Below, in pieces: positions 38,742 through 47,599 of a stretch of 64,000 nucleotides of DNA. Origin of the DNA: Verrucomicrobiaceae bacterium (GTDB lineage: Bacteria; Verrucomicrobiota; Verrucomicrobiia; Verrucomicrobiales; Akkermansiaceae); NCBI GenBank assembly GCA_051252135.1, contig JBPOGH010000006.1, positions 1-64,000 on the forward strand. Reading direction: 5' to 3'. How positions within the stretch are numbered: position 1 is the first letter of the stretch; each line of letters starts with the position of its first letter. The position numbers were made by a program, and so were the translations under genes. The notes below the pieces were generated by a model that saw nothing but the letters and a program-made list of their open reading frames with translations, was not told the origin of the DNA and did not search any database.

Positions 38742-39446
38742 TTACGCCGTTTCTTCTTTTTCCTCTTCTTCGGGGACCTCGGCACCATCGCTTGGTGGAG
38801 GACCGTCTGATTTGGCGACATTGACGATGAGGGTGCGTCCCATGAAGGGTTGGTCATGGAGGACCTCGATGGCGCGCTTGGCTTCTTCGATTTGGCCCAT
38901 GGTGACGAATCCGTAGCCCTTCGAGCGATGGGTGTTCCGGTTGTAGACGATGTCGATGTTACGGACCGATCCGACTCCCTTGAAGAGGTCTTCGACGTCG
39001 TGCTCGGCGGCGTCGTAAGACAGGTTGCCGATGTAGAGTCGGCGGGAGTCAACGGCGGAGACATCGGGCACTTCGCGTTTGCGGGTGCGTCCTTTGGGGG
39101 TGCGGGTGTTCTCGCGTGGAGGCCGCTCGCTTCTTTCGCCTCTCTCGGAGGTGGCAGCTTTTTTACGAGGGATGCGCTGAGGTTCGCCGGTGACGGGTTT
39201 ATAGAGGCCGAAGAACTTGAGGATCTTCTGCCATGTGGTGAGCGGCTTGGGTTTTGGGGTGCGGCGGCGTGAGCTGTTACGCTGACGTCCGTTGTTACCG
39301 CCCCGGTTGTCCCTGCCATCGCGATCGCCACTGTTACGGCTTCTGTTGCGATTGCGGTTACGATTGCGATTACGGTTGTTGCCACCGCGATTATCCGACC
39401 GCGAAGATGACTGGTCGGTTTGGTTGTTGTTATCTGATGTAGACAT
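38742..39446 (-). CDS. RRM (RNP-1) RNA-binding protein with long Arg/Asn-rich disordered N-terminus
   Basis: RNP2 LYIGNL and RNP1 KGYGFVTM. Confidence 0.92.
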   Translation of the reverse strand: MSTSDNNNQTDQSSSRSDNRGGNNRNRNRNRNRNRSRNSGDRDGRDNRGGNNGRQRNSSRRRTPKPKPLTTWQKILKFFGLYKPVTGEPQRIPRKKAATSERGERSERPPRENTRTPKGRTRKREVPDVSAVDSRRLYIGNLSYDAAEHDVEDLFKGVGSVRNIDIVYNRNTHRSKGYGFVTMGQIEEAKRAIEVLHDQPFMGRTLIVNVAKSDGPPPSDGAEVPEEEEKEETA

Positions 39447-39454
39447 TCTGGTGT

Positions 39455-39710
39455 TGGGTTATTTCCCATGCATCGCCTCTCACCCAATGACCGGTGAAGC
39501 ACCCGGACGATCCACTCTTGCGAAGCTGGACGACGTCTGTGTGGCTCCGATGGTCCGAATCATAAAATATGGATCCGGAAGGGGAGATGTTGATGCTGGT
39601 GCGAGTTGTTTTTCGGATTTTCGCTTTCCACCCATTTTTGAGGGCCCACCAAAGGTGAGGAGCCCGGGAACTCTCTTGGAGGGCGATCCATAGGAAGACC
39701 GGCCGGAGTG
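39455..39710 (-). ncRNA. Candidate large structured 5' leader RNA
   Basis: Nested complementary segments read by eye (see findings). Confidence 0.5.
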
Positions 39711-39792
39711 TTGAATTGAGTGTGAAGCGAAAGAGCGTAAAATGCGTCGCGGGAAGAATTTAAGGTCAGTTTACGGGATAGCAAGGGGCGAT

Positions 39793-39808
39793 TGCAGCGA
39801 TTGTGCCG
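39793..39808 (-). promoter_or_regulatory. Putative sigma54 promoter for the RRM gene leader
   Basis: Minus strand CGGCACAATCGCTGCA, GG-N10-GC. Confidence 0.55.
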
Positions 39809-39853
39809 AGGAGGGGAATTGACGGTCGGGTGGCTTCTGGTGTACACGATGTC

Positions 39854-40462
39854 ATGACAAACCCCCTCCCTATTGTCGTTTCCGTAGTTTTGCCCCTGAT
39901 CCTTGGGAGTTGTGCCCAGATGTATATGAAGGATCACGGGTTTCGAGACACGCCTCCGGTGGAGGTGAATTCAGCGCAGGTGAGGAGTGGATTGAAGCCG
40001 ATGGGAGGGAAGGCGGGGTTTTCGATGTCGGCGATGGTTTATGCTGCCGGCACGGGAACGCTGGACGGTCCCTTTCTGTGGCGGGTGGAGGCAGAGGGAG
40101 AGGAAGGGGTGCATGAGTATCTGCGGGTGAACAAGGTGCGGGTGTCGACGAAGATGACGAAGCGGGATGAATGGTATCCCCGGAAATTTTTGGGAATTAA
40201 TGCGCCCTTTGAAAAGCTGCCGGGTGAGGAGGGGAAGTCGTTTGCGCAGTATCAGATTCCCGGACGTCTGACGGTGATGCCCCGTGAGGACGGGGAGGTG
40301 ACGATTTATCTGAATGTATCGGTGAAGGCGAGGGGGGTGGTGAAGAGTGAGTGGATCAAATTCAAACTGGAGCCGGAAACGAAGTGGAAGACGGACTCGG
40401 TGTTTCTTCCCACGGAGATCGTGAAAAGCGTTCGCGGGAATCCTCGCGAGTGGAATTGGTAG
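39854..40462 (+). CDS. Hypothetical lipoprotein
   Basis: Hydrophobic signal ending LGSC. Confidence 0.75.
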   Translation: MTNPLPIVVSVVLPLILGSCAQMYMKDHGFRDTPPVEVNSAQVRSGLKPMGGKAGFSMSAMVYAAGTGTLDGPFLWRVEAEGEEGVHEYLRVNKVRVSTKMTKRDEWYPRKFLGINAPFEKLPGEEGKSFAQYQIPGRLTVMPREDGEVTIYLNVSVKARGVVKSEWIKFKLEPETKWKTDSVFLPTEIVKSVRGNPREWNW

Positions 40463-40502
40463 AAGGTTGCCAGCGTCACGAAGGAGGGCTAGGGTTTTAT
40501 CC

Positions 40503-42482
40503 ATGATGTGGAAGCGATTTACGAGTCCGGTGGCTGTGCTGCTTGGTGCGGTACTTCACGGTCAGGAGGTTGCCCCGGAAGGGGAGCTGTCCGCCTCGGA
40601 GGCTTCGATATTTACGCAGAAGAATGCGCGGACAATGACGCTTGCGATTCCGGCTCCACGGGGGTTGATTTTGGATCGTGAGGGGAGGCCGCTGGCGCAG
40701 ACGAAGGTGGCGTATCATTTGGCACTCGATTTTACAAAATTGGGCAAGGATGTGAGCGCGGAGGAGGCCTTGGTTTGGGGGAAGGGTAAAATTGCGGAAG
40801 CGAATTCGCTGGTTGAGGGCGAGTTTTCCATCTCCGACAACCGGCTTAAGGATTACTATCTGCAGCGACGTTGGATACCGCGGGTTGTTTCGAGAACCTT
40901 TTCGGGAGAGCAAGCGAAGGAGTTTCAGGAGAAGTTGCCCGAGGGATTGACCTTATTGCCGGTTTATTTGAGGCATTACCCGGAAGAGTCGCTGGCAGCG
41001 CATCTGATTGGATACGTGGGAACCAAGACGCGGATGCCTGACGGTCCGATCAATGATGGCGACCCGTTGTTTGCCTCGGTTGAGGGGAAGAGCGGGTTTG
41101 AGAAGGTGTTTGATGAGGAGTTGTCGGGGCGGGCGGGCTTGAAGAAGATGATTTTTGATGGGGAAGGGAAGATGGTGCTGGAGCAATCCGTGCAACGTCC
41201 GCAACCGGGCGGGACGGTGGTGACGACCCTGAATCTTGATTGGCAGCGGCATGCCGAAAGTGTGTTGCGGAAGGGGTGCAAGCGCGGGGCGTTTGTGGTG
41301 ATCGATGTGCGGACCGGGGAGGTGCTTGTGATGGCGTCACGTCCGACTTTTGATCTGAATGCCTTTATCCCCAGAATATCGCAAACGGAGTATGATAAGC
41401 TGCTCAACGATCCCGGGAAGCCGATGTTTGGTCGTTCGTTTCAGGGGGAGTATCCTCCGGCGTCGACTTTTAAACCGGTGGTGGGGTTGGCAGCGATCAC
41501 GAATGGGGTGGTGACGGCGGATACAAAGATTGATTGTCCTTATCAGATTAAGATCGGGAATACGATTTTCAGGAACCATTCCAAGGGGCACCAGGGAAAG
41601 ATTGATGTGAAGCGCGCGTTGGCGAAGTCGGTCAACCCTTGGTTTTATCAAGTGGGGATGAGGACGGGGCCGCAGACGTTTCTGTCGACAGCGCGCCGTT
41701 TGGGATACGGGTCGAGGACGGGCTTGCCGCTTGTTGGAGAGCGGCCCGGTTCGATTCCAACGCCAGAGGAGATTGAGACGGCAATGGGGCGCCGGACGAC
41801 GGATGGGGATACGGCAAACATGTCGATTGGCCAGGGTTTGGTGGAGGCGACACCGCTTCAGGTGGCGCAATCAATGGCAGCGATCGCCAATGGTTCGTCC
41901 CTGATGGAGCTTCAGTTGGTGAAGCAGGTTCAGGATTTTCATGGTCGTGTGGTGGAAGCGCCGCTTCCCAAAATGCGCAATGATCTCAGCCTTGATCCCG
42001 ATGCGGTGGCTGCGGTTCACGAGGGGATGATGGATGTGGTGCATGCGAGTTACGGAACGGGGAAGAACGCGAGTCTGGGATTCACGATCATGTGCGGAAA
42101 GACGGGGACTGCGCAGTGGGGGCCCAAATCGAAGAATCAGGGGTTGGCCTGGTTTTCGGGATTTTTTCCGCTGGAGAATCCCAAGTATGCGTTTGCGGTG
42201 CTGTATGAGGGCGCTCCGAATGAGAGTGTGAGTGGCGGACGCAAGGCAGCGCCGATGGTGCGTAATTTTTTCTACAAGTTTGAGGATGAGATCAAGAAGG
42301 CGATCAAGCCACCGGCCCGTGCGATGGTGGTGGAGGAGGATGAAGAAGAAATGATTGTCCCGGTGGCGCAACCGGTCGATGAGGATGAAGAGATTCTTTC
42401 CGCCGAGCCGGTTGATCCTGCCGAGCCAATTGATCCGATCGATCCTGATGACATCCCGAAAGCGCTGCCGGTGGAGGAATAA
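40503..42482 (+). CDS. mrdA: Penicillin-binding protein 2 (class B transpeptidase)
   Basis: PAPRGLILDR, PASTFK (SxxK), SVN (SxN), GKTGTAQ. Confidence 0.92.
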   Translation: MMWKRFTSPVAVLLGAVLHGQEVAPEGELSASEASIFTQKNARTMTLAIPAPRGLILDREGRPLAQTKVAYHLALDFTKLGKDVSAEEALVWGKGKIAEANSLVEGEFSISDNRLKDYYLQRRWIPRVVSRTFSGEQAKEFQEKLPEGLTLLPVYLRHYPEESLAAHLIGYVGTKTRMPDGPINDGDPLFASVEGKSGFEKVFDEELSGRAGLKKMIFDGEGKMVLEQSVQRPQPGGTVVTTLNLDWQRHAESVLRKGCKRGAFVVIDVRTGEVLVMASRPTFDLNAFIPRISQTEYDKLLNDPGKPMFGRSFQGEYPPASTFKPVVGLAAITNGVVTADTKIDCPYQIKIGNTIFRNHSKGHQGKIDVKRALAKSVNPWFYQVGMRTGPQTFLSTARRLGYGSRTGLPLVGERPGSIPTPEEIETAMGRRTTDGDTANMSIGQGLVEATPLQVAQSMAAIANGSSLMELQLVKQVQDFHGRVVEAPLPKMRNDLSLDPDAVAAVHEGMMDVVHASYGTGKNASLGFTIMCGKTGTAQWGPKSKNQGLAWFSGFFPLENPKYAFAVLYEGAPNESVSGGRKAAPMVRNFFYKFEDEIKKAIKPPARAMVVEEDEEEMIVPVAQPVDEDEEILSAEPVDPAEPIDPIDPDDIPKALPVEE

Positions 42483-42572
42483 GGTGATTTTGGAACTCTC
42501 CCCTTTACGGATGGGGTGTGAACGTTCAGGAACGGTTCGTGCCAAGAAGGCATCTTATTTTTACAAAACGAT

Positions 42573-42995
42573 ATGGACCTACAAATTGCAACATTGTGTG
42601 ACTTCGCTGCCGAGTATCAGGGGAAAATGGTGGTAAGTGGAACCTTTGACGCGCTTGCCGCGAAGGCAACGCCAGTTGTGCATCCCCAATGCTCTCTCGC
42701 GATGCGTTTCTGCTTCACTCCCGAGGATGCGGGTGACCACGATCTTTCGATCTCGATTATCGATGAGGATGGCAAGCCGATCAACGAGAAGATGCCAATC
42801 AAGGGGGCGATGCCGGTTCAGCTCCCCAAGGATGTCGCTTTTCTTTCCCGTCATTTGATTGTTGGATTTCAGGGGCTTTCGTTCCCGAAAGCAGGGGTTT
42901 ACTCGGTAGATATCCTTGTCGACGGTGAATTGATCCAGCGTTTGCCTTTGCGCATTGTGCAGGTCGAGGATCAGGGCGGCCAACAGCCTGCCTAG
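42573..42995 (+). CDS. DUF6941-like protein
   Basis: TLCDFA...GKMVVSGTFD...FPKAGVYSVDILVDG. Confidence 0.7.
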   Translation: MDLQIATLCDFAAEYQGKMVVSGTFDALAAKATPVVHPQCSLAMRFCFTPEDAGDHDLSISIIDEDGKPINEKMPIKGAMPVQLPKDVAFLSRHLIVGFQGLSFPKAGVYSVDILVDGELIQRLPLRIVQVEDQGGQQPA

Positions 42996-43007
42996 AGGCA
43001 GTTCTTC

Positions 43008-43814
43008 GTGATGAGCAGTCTGGCGCGGCGCTATCAATGCGCCCTGATTACGGGTGCGAGTTCGGGACTGGGTCTCGAGTATGCGCGTCAGCTCGCTCAT
43101 CGGGTGGAGACCATGATTTTGGTCTCCCGTCGTGAGGAGGTGCTGGAAGGCATTGCGGCTGAGTTGGTGGCCGGGCATCCGGGGTTGGTGGTGAAGATTT
43201 TTGCCAGTGATCTGAGTGAGGTGGAGTCGAGGAGCAATTTGGTGGGTGAGCTTGCGAGAGCTAATCTGCGTCCCGACTTGCTGATCAACAATGCGGGGAT
43301 GGGGGATTACGGGGAATTTAGTACTTCGGAATGGGGAAAGCTTGCCGAGATGATCCGTCTGAATATGGAAGCGCTCACCCATTTGACGCATGCCTTGTTG
43401 CCGGGATTGATTACCGGGAGTGGGTCGGTGTTGAACGTGAGCTCGCTTGCGAGTGTGTTGCCGATTCCGGATTTTGCGGTGTACGCCGCGACGAAGTCTT
43501 ACGTTACGAGTTTTAGTGAAGCACTTCGGATCGAGTTAAGGGAGCACGGGGTCAAGGTGCTGGCGGTATGTCCGGGGCCGGTGAAGACCGGATTTGGTGA
43601 AAGGGCACGGCGGTCCCAAAATTCGAAACTGCCTGTTCAGGATGCATTTTATGTATCCGCCAATCAGGTGGTGGGAGATTCGTTGCAGGCACTTGATTCC
43701 GGCCGTGCCCGAATCTATCCGGGGTTCAAGGTGGCGGCGGCCGCGGCAGTGATCGGTCTGTTGCCGATTGCAGCGGTGCGAATGGTGATGTCATTTCGCC
43801 CCCGGCGGTCTTGA
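43008..43814 (+). CDS. SDR family oxidoreductase (DltE-like)
   Basis: TGASSGLG, NNAG, YAATK. Confidence 0.92.
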   Translation: MMSSLARRYQCALITGASSGLGLEYARQLAHRVETMILVSRREEVLEGIAAELVAGHPGLVVKIFASDLSEVESRSNLVGELARANLRPDLLINNAGMGDYGEFSTSEWGKLAEMIRLNMEALTHLTHALLPGLITGSGSVLNVSSLASVLPIPDFAVYAATKSYVTSFSEALRIELREHGVKVLAVCPGPVKTGFGERARRSQNSKLPVQDAFYVSANQVVGDSLQALDSGRARIYPGFKVAAAAAVIGLLPIAAVRMVMSFRPRRS

Positions 43815-43824
43815 ATCGACCTTA

Positions 43825-44109
43825 GAGGCCGTCTAAAAAATGCCCAACGAGGGTTCTGATTTTGGGGTCTTGAAAGAGTTGCAGCTTCGCTGAGGAGGCA
43901 GGAGGTGAACCCTGACGGGCTGCGAGTCCTTTCACTTCAAGCGGCGTTGTTGCTCAGTCGTTGATGTTTACCAACTTTGCTCTCGCCTCCCGGCTCGCCC
44001 CTGCGGGCTGCACTGCGCGCAGGCTATGTCCTTCCAGTCCATTCTCGTCCCGCCTTGCCTGAAGAGTAATTCCTTCGCAGCACTCATGCGGCATTTTTAA
44101 GACAGCTTC
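43825..44109. mobile_element. MITE, 285 bp, IS5-like ends, TTA target-site duplication
   Basis: Left end GAGGCCGTCTAAAAAATGCC versus right end (reverse complement) GAAGCTGTCTTAAAAATGCC; TTA on both flanks; no transposase. Confidence 0.75.
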
Positions 44110-44703
44110 TTAGAAGTCGTGTGCGCCGGGCTCGGTGGCGAGTGCGGTCTGAAGTCCCACCGCGGCCGGGAGGTCCTGGGATACGGATTTGAGCAGTTCG
44201 GTCAGACGTTCAACGGCGATGGTCAGGCCTTCGCAGTAGTCCTCGGATGAGAAATAGGGTTGGGCTTGCTCGATGATGCGATCGAGGGCTTGTTGGGGCA
44301 GGAAGGGCTCAAGGCCGTAGCCGACCATCATGGCGGCTTGTCGGCGATTGGGTTCGATGAGGATGACGATGTCGCGGTTATTGCCTTGTTTGGCGGATTC
44401 CTGGGAGAGTCCGGCGCGATTGAAAACCCAGAAGATGATCACGGGGAGTTCGACCTTTTGATCGAAGATTCTGGAGACCACGTGGAGTCGGCTTTGAGGG
44501 AATGTGCGCTGGTAGCGATCGACGAGTTTCTTGATTTTTTTGGTGTCAGTCCGGTTGAAAATCTGGCTGCCATCCGAGATGCCACCGAAGACGACGGGAA
44601 CCGGGCCCAGGGCATTGGCCAGTTTTTCCAAATCCATGTCGCACTCCGGGCAGGTTGGCGAAGTTTCGATCAACCGGGACTGGCAATAGGGACAACTGAG
44701 CAC
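44110..44703 (-). CDS. TPM domain protein with N-terminal zinc ribbon
   Basis: CPYC...CPEC; VILIEP..RQAAMMVGYGLEPFL. Confidence 0.8.
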   Translation of the reverse strand: MLSCPYCQSRLIETSPTCPECDMDLEKLANALGPVPVVFGGISDGSQIFNRTDTKKIKKLVDRYQRTFPQSRLHVVSRIFDQKVELPVIIFWVFNRAGLSQESAKQGNNRDIVILIEPNRRQAAMMVGYGLEPFLPQQALDRIIEQAQPYFSSEDYCEGLTIAVERLTELLKSVSQDLPAAVGLQTALATEPGAHDF

Positions 44704-44800
44704 GGGGTGATGTTACGTTATTGTGGAGGAGCGCGAAAGAGAGAACTGCGCGGGGAAGATTTCGCTTTGGTTCCTGCCGGAAATCTGGAAACTCCAAGGC

Positions 44801-45547
44801 ATGTCAGACTTTTCAGGAAAACGTGTCGTTGTGACCGGAGCAGGCCGCGGGATCGGTCTTGCGATAGCGAAAGCCTTTGCCAGCAAGGGGGCTCAAGTTG
44901 CCATTATTAGCAGAAATGAGACGAGCTGTGGGGCTGCGGCCAAAGCGATCAATGCGGAGTATCCGGACAGTGCGAGATATTACGGATTGGACGTGGCAGA
45001 TTTTGATGCTGTGCAGGAGTGCGGGAAGCGCATTTTGGAGGATTTTGGAGGGGTGGATATTCTGGTCAACAATGCCGGAGTGACGCGCGACGGGCTTTTG
45101 ATGCGGATGAAAAGTGAAGATTGGGATACGGTTCTCGATACGAATCTCAAGGGTGCGTTTAACCTGGTGAAGGCGTTCCAGCGTCCGTTGATGAAGAGTG
45201 ACTCGCCGCGGATCATCAACATCAGTTCGGTGATCGGGTTGATTGGAAATGCGGGGCAGGCGAATTATGCCGCGAGTAAGGCGGGTTTGATTGGCTTTAC
45301 GAAGTCGATTGCCCGCGAACTGGCGAGCCGCAAGGTCACTTGCAATGCGATTGCACCCGGATTTATTACGACGGATATGACCGATGAGCTGCCTGACAAT
45401 ATCAAGGAAGACATTGTGAAGCGTGTTCCGCTTGCGGACTTTGGGCAGGTGGATGATATCGCCAACGCGACTCTCTTTCTGGCGGGTCCGGAGGCCCGCT
45501 ACATCACGGGGCAGGTCCTCGCGGTGGACGGCGGGATGACGATGTGA
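44801..45547 (+). CDS. fabG: 3-oxoacyl-ACP reductase
   Basis: TGAGRGIG, NNAGVTRDGLLMRM, GQANYAASKAG, ITGQVLAVDGGM. Confidence 0.96.
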   Translation: MSDFSGKRVVVTGAGRGIGLAIAKAFASKGAQVAIISRNETSCGAAAKAINAEYPDSARYYGLDVADFDAVQECGKRILEDFGGVDILVNNAGVTRDGLLMRMKSEDWDTVLDTNLKGAFNLVKAFQRPLMKSDSPRIINISSVIGLIGNAGQANYAASKAGLIGFTKSIARELASRKVTCNAIAPGFITTDMTDELPDNIKEDIVKRVPLADFGQVDDIANATLFLAGPEARYITGQVLAVDGGMTM

Positions 45548-45568
45548 GGCTTGGTCACCATCAGTTCT

Positions 45569-45607
45569 AACAAGAAAGGCCACTGCGATTGCGGTGGCCT
45601 TTTTGTT
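45569..45607. terminator. Bidirectional terminator
   Basis: AACAAGAAAGGCCACTGC-GATT-GCGGTGGCCTTTTTGTT. Confidence 0.8.
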
Positions 45608-45626
45608 AGAGTTGAACGAGTTGGGG

Positions 45627-46622
45627 CTAGGACTGTTTGTCGTCCCGGAACGTGCGGACGACGCCGTGTTCCAGGGAGCCTCCCAACCAGGCGAGGAATT
45701 GGTTCATCTCGGAGTGATCCTTGCGGAGCAGGTCGAGCATGTCCCATCCGCAATGGGTGCGGCGTTCGGTTGGGGAGATTCGTTCGATATCGAGGCGGCT
45801 CAGGAGCGCTTCGGTTTCCCGGGGCATGGCATTGGCAATCTGGGAAGGGTGGGGGAGGTCATCGAGGTTTTCTCCGGAGAGGCCGAAGGTTGTGACTCCG
45901 ATGCCAAAGCGACTGGCGACCATACGGATTTGATCGGCGAGTGATTCATCGGCGATTCCGTTGGCGAGGAAGAGTTGGCCCGAGTTGGCCCACAAGGAGG
46001 CGCTCATGGTCTGGAAGATGTCTTCGCGGAAGCGGTCGTGGCTTGCTTCAATGCGCATGCGGATGGAAGCGAGGCGGTAGGGCGGAAGGCCCAGGGTCTG
46101 CTTGAGGGCGAGATGGGCGGGGTCGAGGGTGAGGCCCTCTTCGGTGAGGTCGCCGTGTTCCCAATCGATCATGACCATTTCGGGAAATTTCCAGAGGTTT
46201 CCGACGGACGCGGTTTGTCCGAGGGATTTACGGAATTCGAAGGTGAAGAGGCCCCGGGACTCGGCGTATTTGTGAACGATTGCCCGGAATTTTTGAATAC
46301 GAAGCATCGCCTGATTGGTCGAACCCGAGTCGTTGAGATCATCGAGTCGACCCTGTTGCATGGCGACGATTTCCTGAGCTCCGGAGAGAGCAGGCATTTG
46401 GGCGCCCCGTTTGTAGTAGCCCTGTCCTTTTTCGACCTTGGCAATCGGCGAGCTGGGGTCGCACGACATGATGGAAAAATGGTAACGCAGTGAGGCGTCG
46501 GAGTAATTTCCGTCCAGTTTCATTCTCACGAGACGAATGAGTTCAGTTCCTTTGATTGATTCGCGGGGATTGGAAGGGAGGAGATCGTTCAGGAGATCTG
46601 TTAGCTGGCTACGGAGACTCAT
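45627..46622 (-). CDS. Hypothetical protein: N-terminal winged-HTH-like region plus HrgA/COG2958-like nuclease-fold domain
   Basis: GNLWKFPEMV, FQTMSASLWANSGQL and RFGIGV resemble the HrgA/COG2958 pattern (recalled, not searched). Confidence 0.55.
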   Translation of the reverse strand: MSLRSQLTDLLNDLLPSNPRESIKGTELIRLVRMKLDGNYSDASLRYHFSIMSCDPSSPIAKVEKGQGYYKRGAQMPALSGAQEIVAMQQGRLDDLNDSGSTNQAMLRIQKFRAIVHKYAESRGLFTFEFRKSLGQTASVGNLWKFPEMVMIDWEHGDLTEEGLTLDPAHLALKQTLGLPPYRLASIRMRIEASHDRFREDIFQTMSASLWANSGQLFLANGIADESLADQIRMVASRFGIGVTTFGLSGENLDDLPHPSQIANAMPRETEALLSRLDIERISPTERRTHCGWDMLDLLRKDHSEMNQFLAWLGGSLEHGVVRTFRDDKQS

Positions 46623-46828
46623 TTGGTGCAGGTTGCTTGGTAAAGCTGGGGGCGTAAAGAGATGGAATCGAATGGTCGACCTGTCGCGCAAGCATCAAGT
46701 CAACGAAAGGGTAAAAAAGGGGGGGTAAAGGAGGCTTCTTCACACCTTATTCACAAAAAAGCGCGGTTTGGATTCGAATAGTCTTAATCCGCTTGTCGTC
46801 TCATCAAGCGAACTGTTAATTTTCTAGC

Positions 46829-47524
46829 ATGAAATCACTACTCACAATTTGTTTTTCTTTTTTGGTTACACCCTTATCGCTGGCGCAGGATGCGGAGGCG
46901 ATTATGAACTCGGTCCGTCAGGTCACTGCCCTGCAACAGGAGCAGGACCTTCATGGTTTCATTCGTAAGGGAAGTAAGAAGACTCCGCTTTCACTCTTCT
47001 TGCGAGGCGAGGATATCCAGTTTGCGTTGGATGGGGGGAAGGAGCGTTTTCACCTTCGTTTGAACAAGGATAATCAGGAGCTTCGCGAGATTGAGGGGGG
47101 GAAGACGAGTGTTTTTCCGGCTTCGAAGATTGCGGCTCCGATCGCAAAGAGTGATGTCTCGTATGAAGATTTGGCGTTGAAGTTTCTTTACTGGGATAAT
47201 CCGCGGATTGCGGGTGAAGACAAGATCAAGGGGCAGGATTGCTGGAGAGTGCATGTTGCCAATCCCAATCAAAACGGGCGTTATCGCGAGGTGAGTGTTT
47301 GGGTGTCCAAGCGTCAAAGTGCTTTGATGAGGGTGATTGGGTATGGTCCGAAGCCGAAGCGGGTTCCTTTGAAGCAATTTGAGATCACCGACATTATGAA
47401 GGTGAACGATGTTTACACCGTGAAGACGATGAAGGTGAGTGCCTTTGATGATAGCGGGCGCACGACCGGGATCACTTATCTCGAATTCGACAAGCCGAAG
47501 CCTGTGGCGAGGCGGGGGCGGTAA
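46829..47524 (+). CDS. Outer-membrane lipoprotein-sorting protein (LolA-like)
   Basis: Signal peptide; SDVSYEDL, IKGQDCWRV, YREVSVWVSK. Confidence 0.8.
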   Translation: MKSLLTICFSFLVTPLSLAQDAEAIMNSVRQVTALQQEQDLHGFIRKGSKKTPLSLFLRGEDIQFALDGGKERFHLRLNKDNQELREIEGGKTSVFPASKIAAPIAKSDVSYEDLALKFLYWDNPRIAGEDKIKGQDCWRVHVANPNQNGRYREVSVWVSKRQSALMRVIGYGPKPKRVPLKQFEITDIMKVNDVYTVKTMKVSAFDDSGRTTGITYLEFDKPKPVARRGR

Positions 47525-47546
47525 GATCGCCTTTTCAGAATGATTA

Positions 47547-47579
47547 AAAAAGCCAGCTCCGGGAAGGGGCTGGCTTTTT
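47547..47579. terminator. Bidirectional terminator
   Basis: AAAAAGCCAGCTCC-GGGAA-GGGGCTGGCTTTTT. Confidence 0.88.
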
Positions 47580-47599
47580 GTTTGAAGTGACCGGAATGG

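Noticed and set aside
42529..42544. TGGCACGAACCGTTCC on the minus strand
   Set aside because: No -12 GC, and it points antisense into mrdA
46623..46828. Replication origin
   Set aside because: Only two DnaA-like boxes, no skew inversion and no dnaA/dnaN nearby
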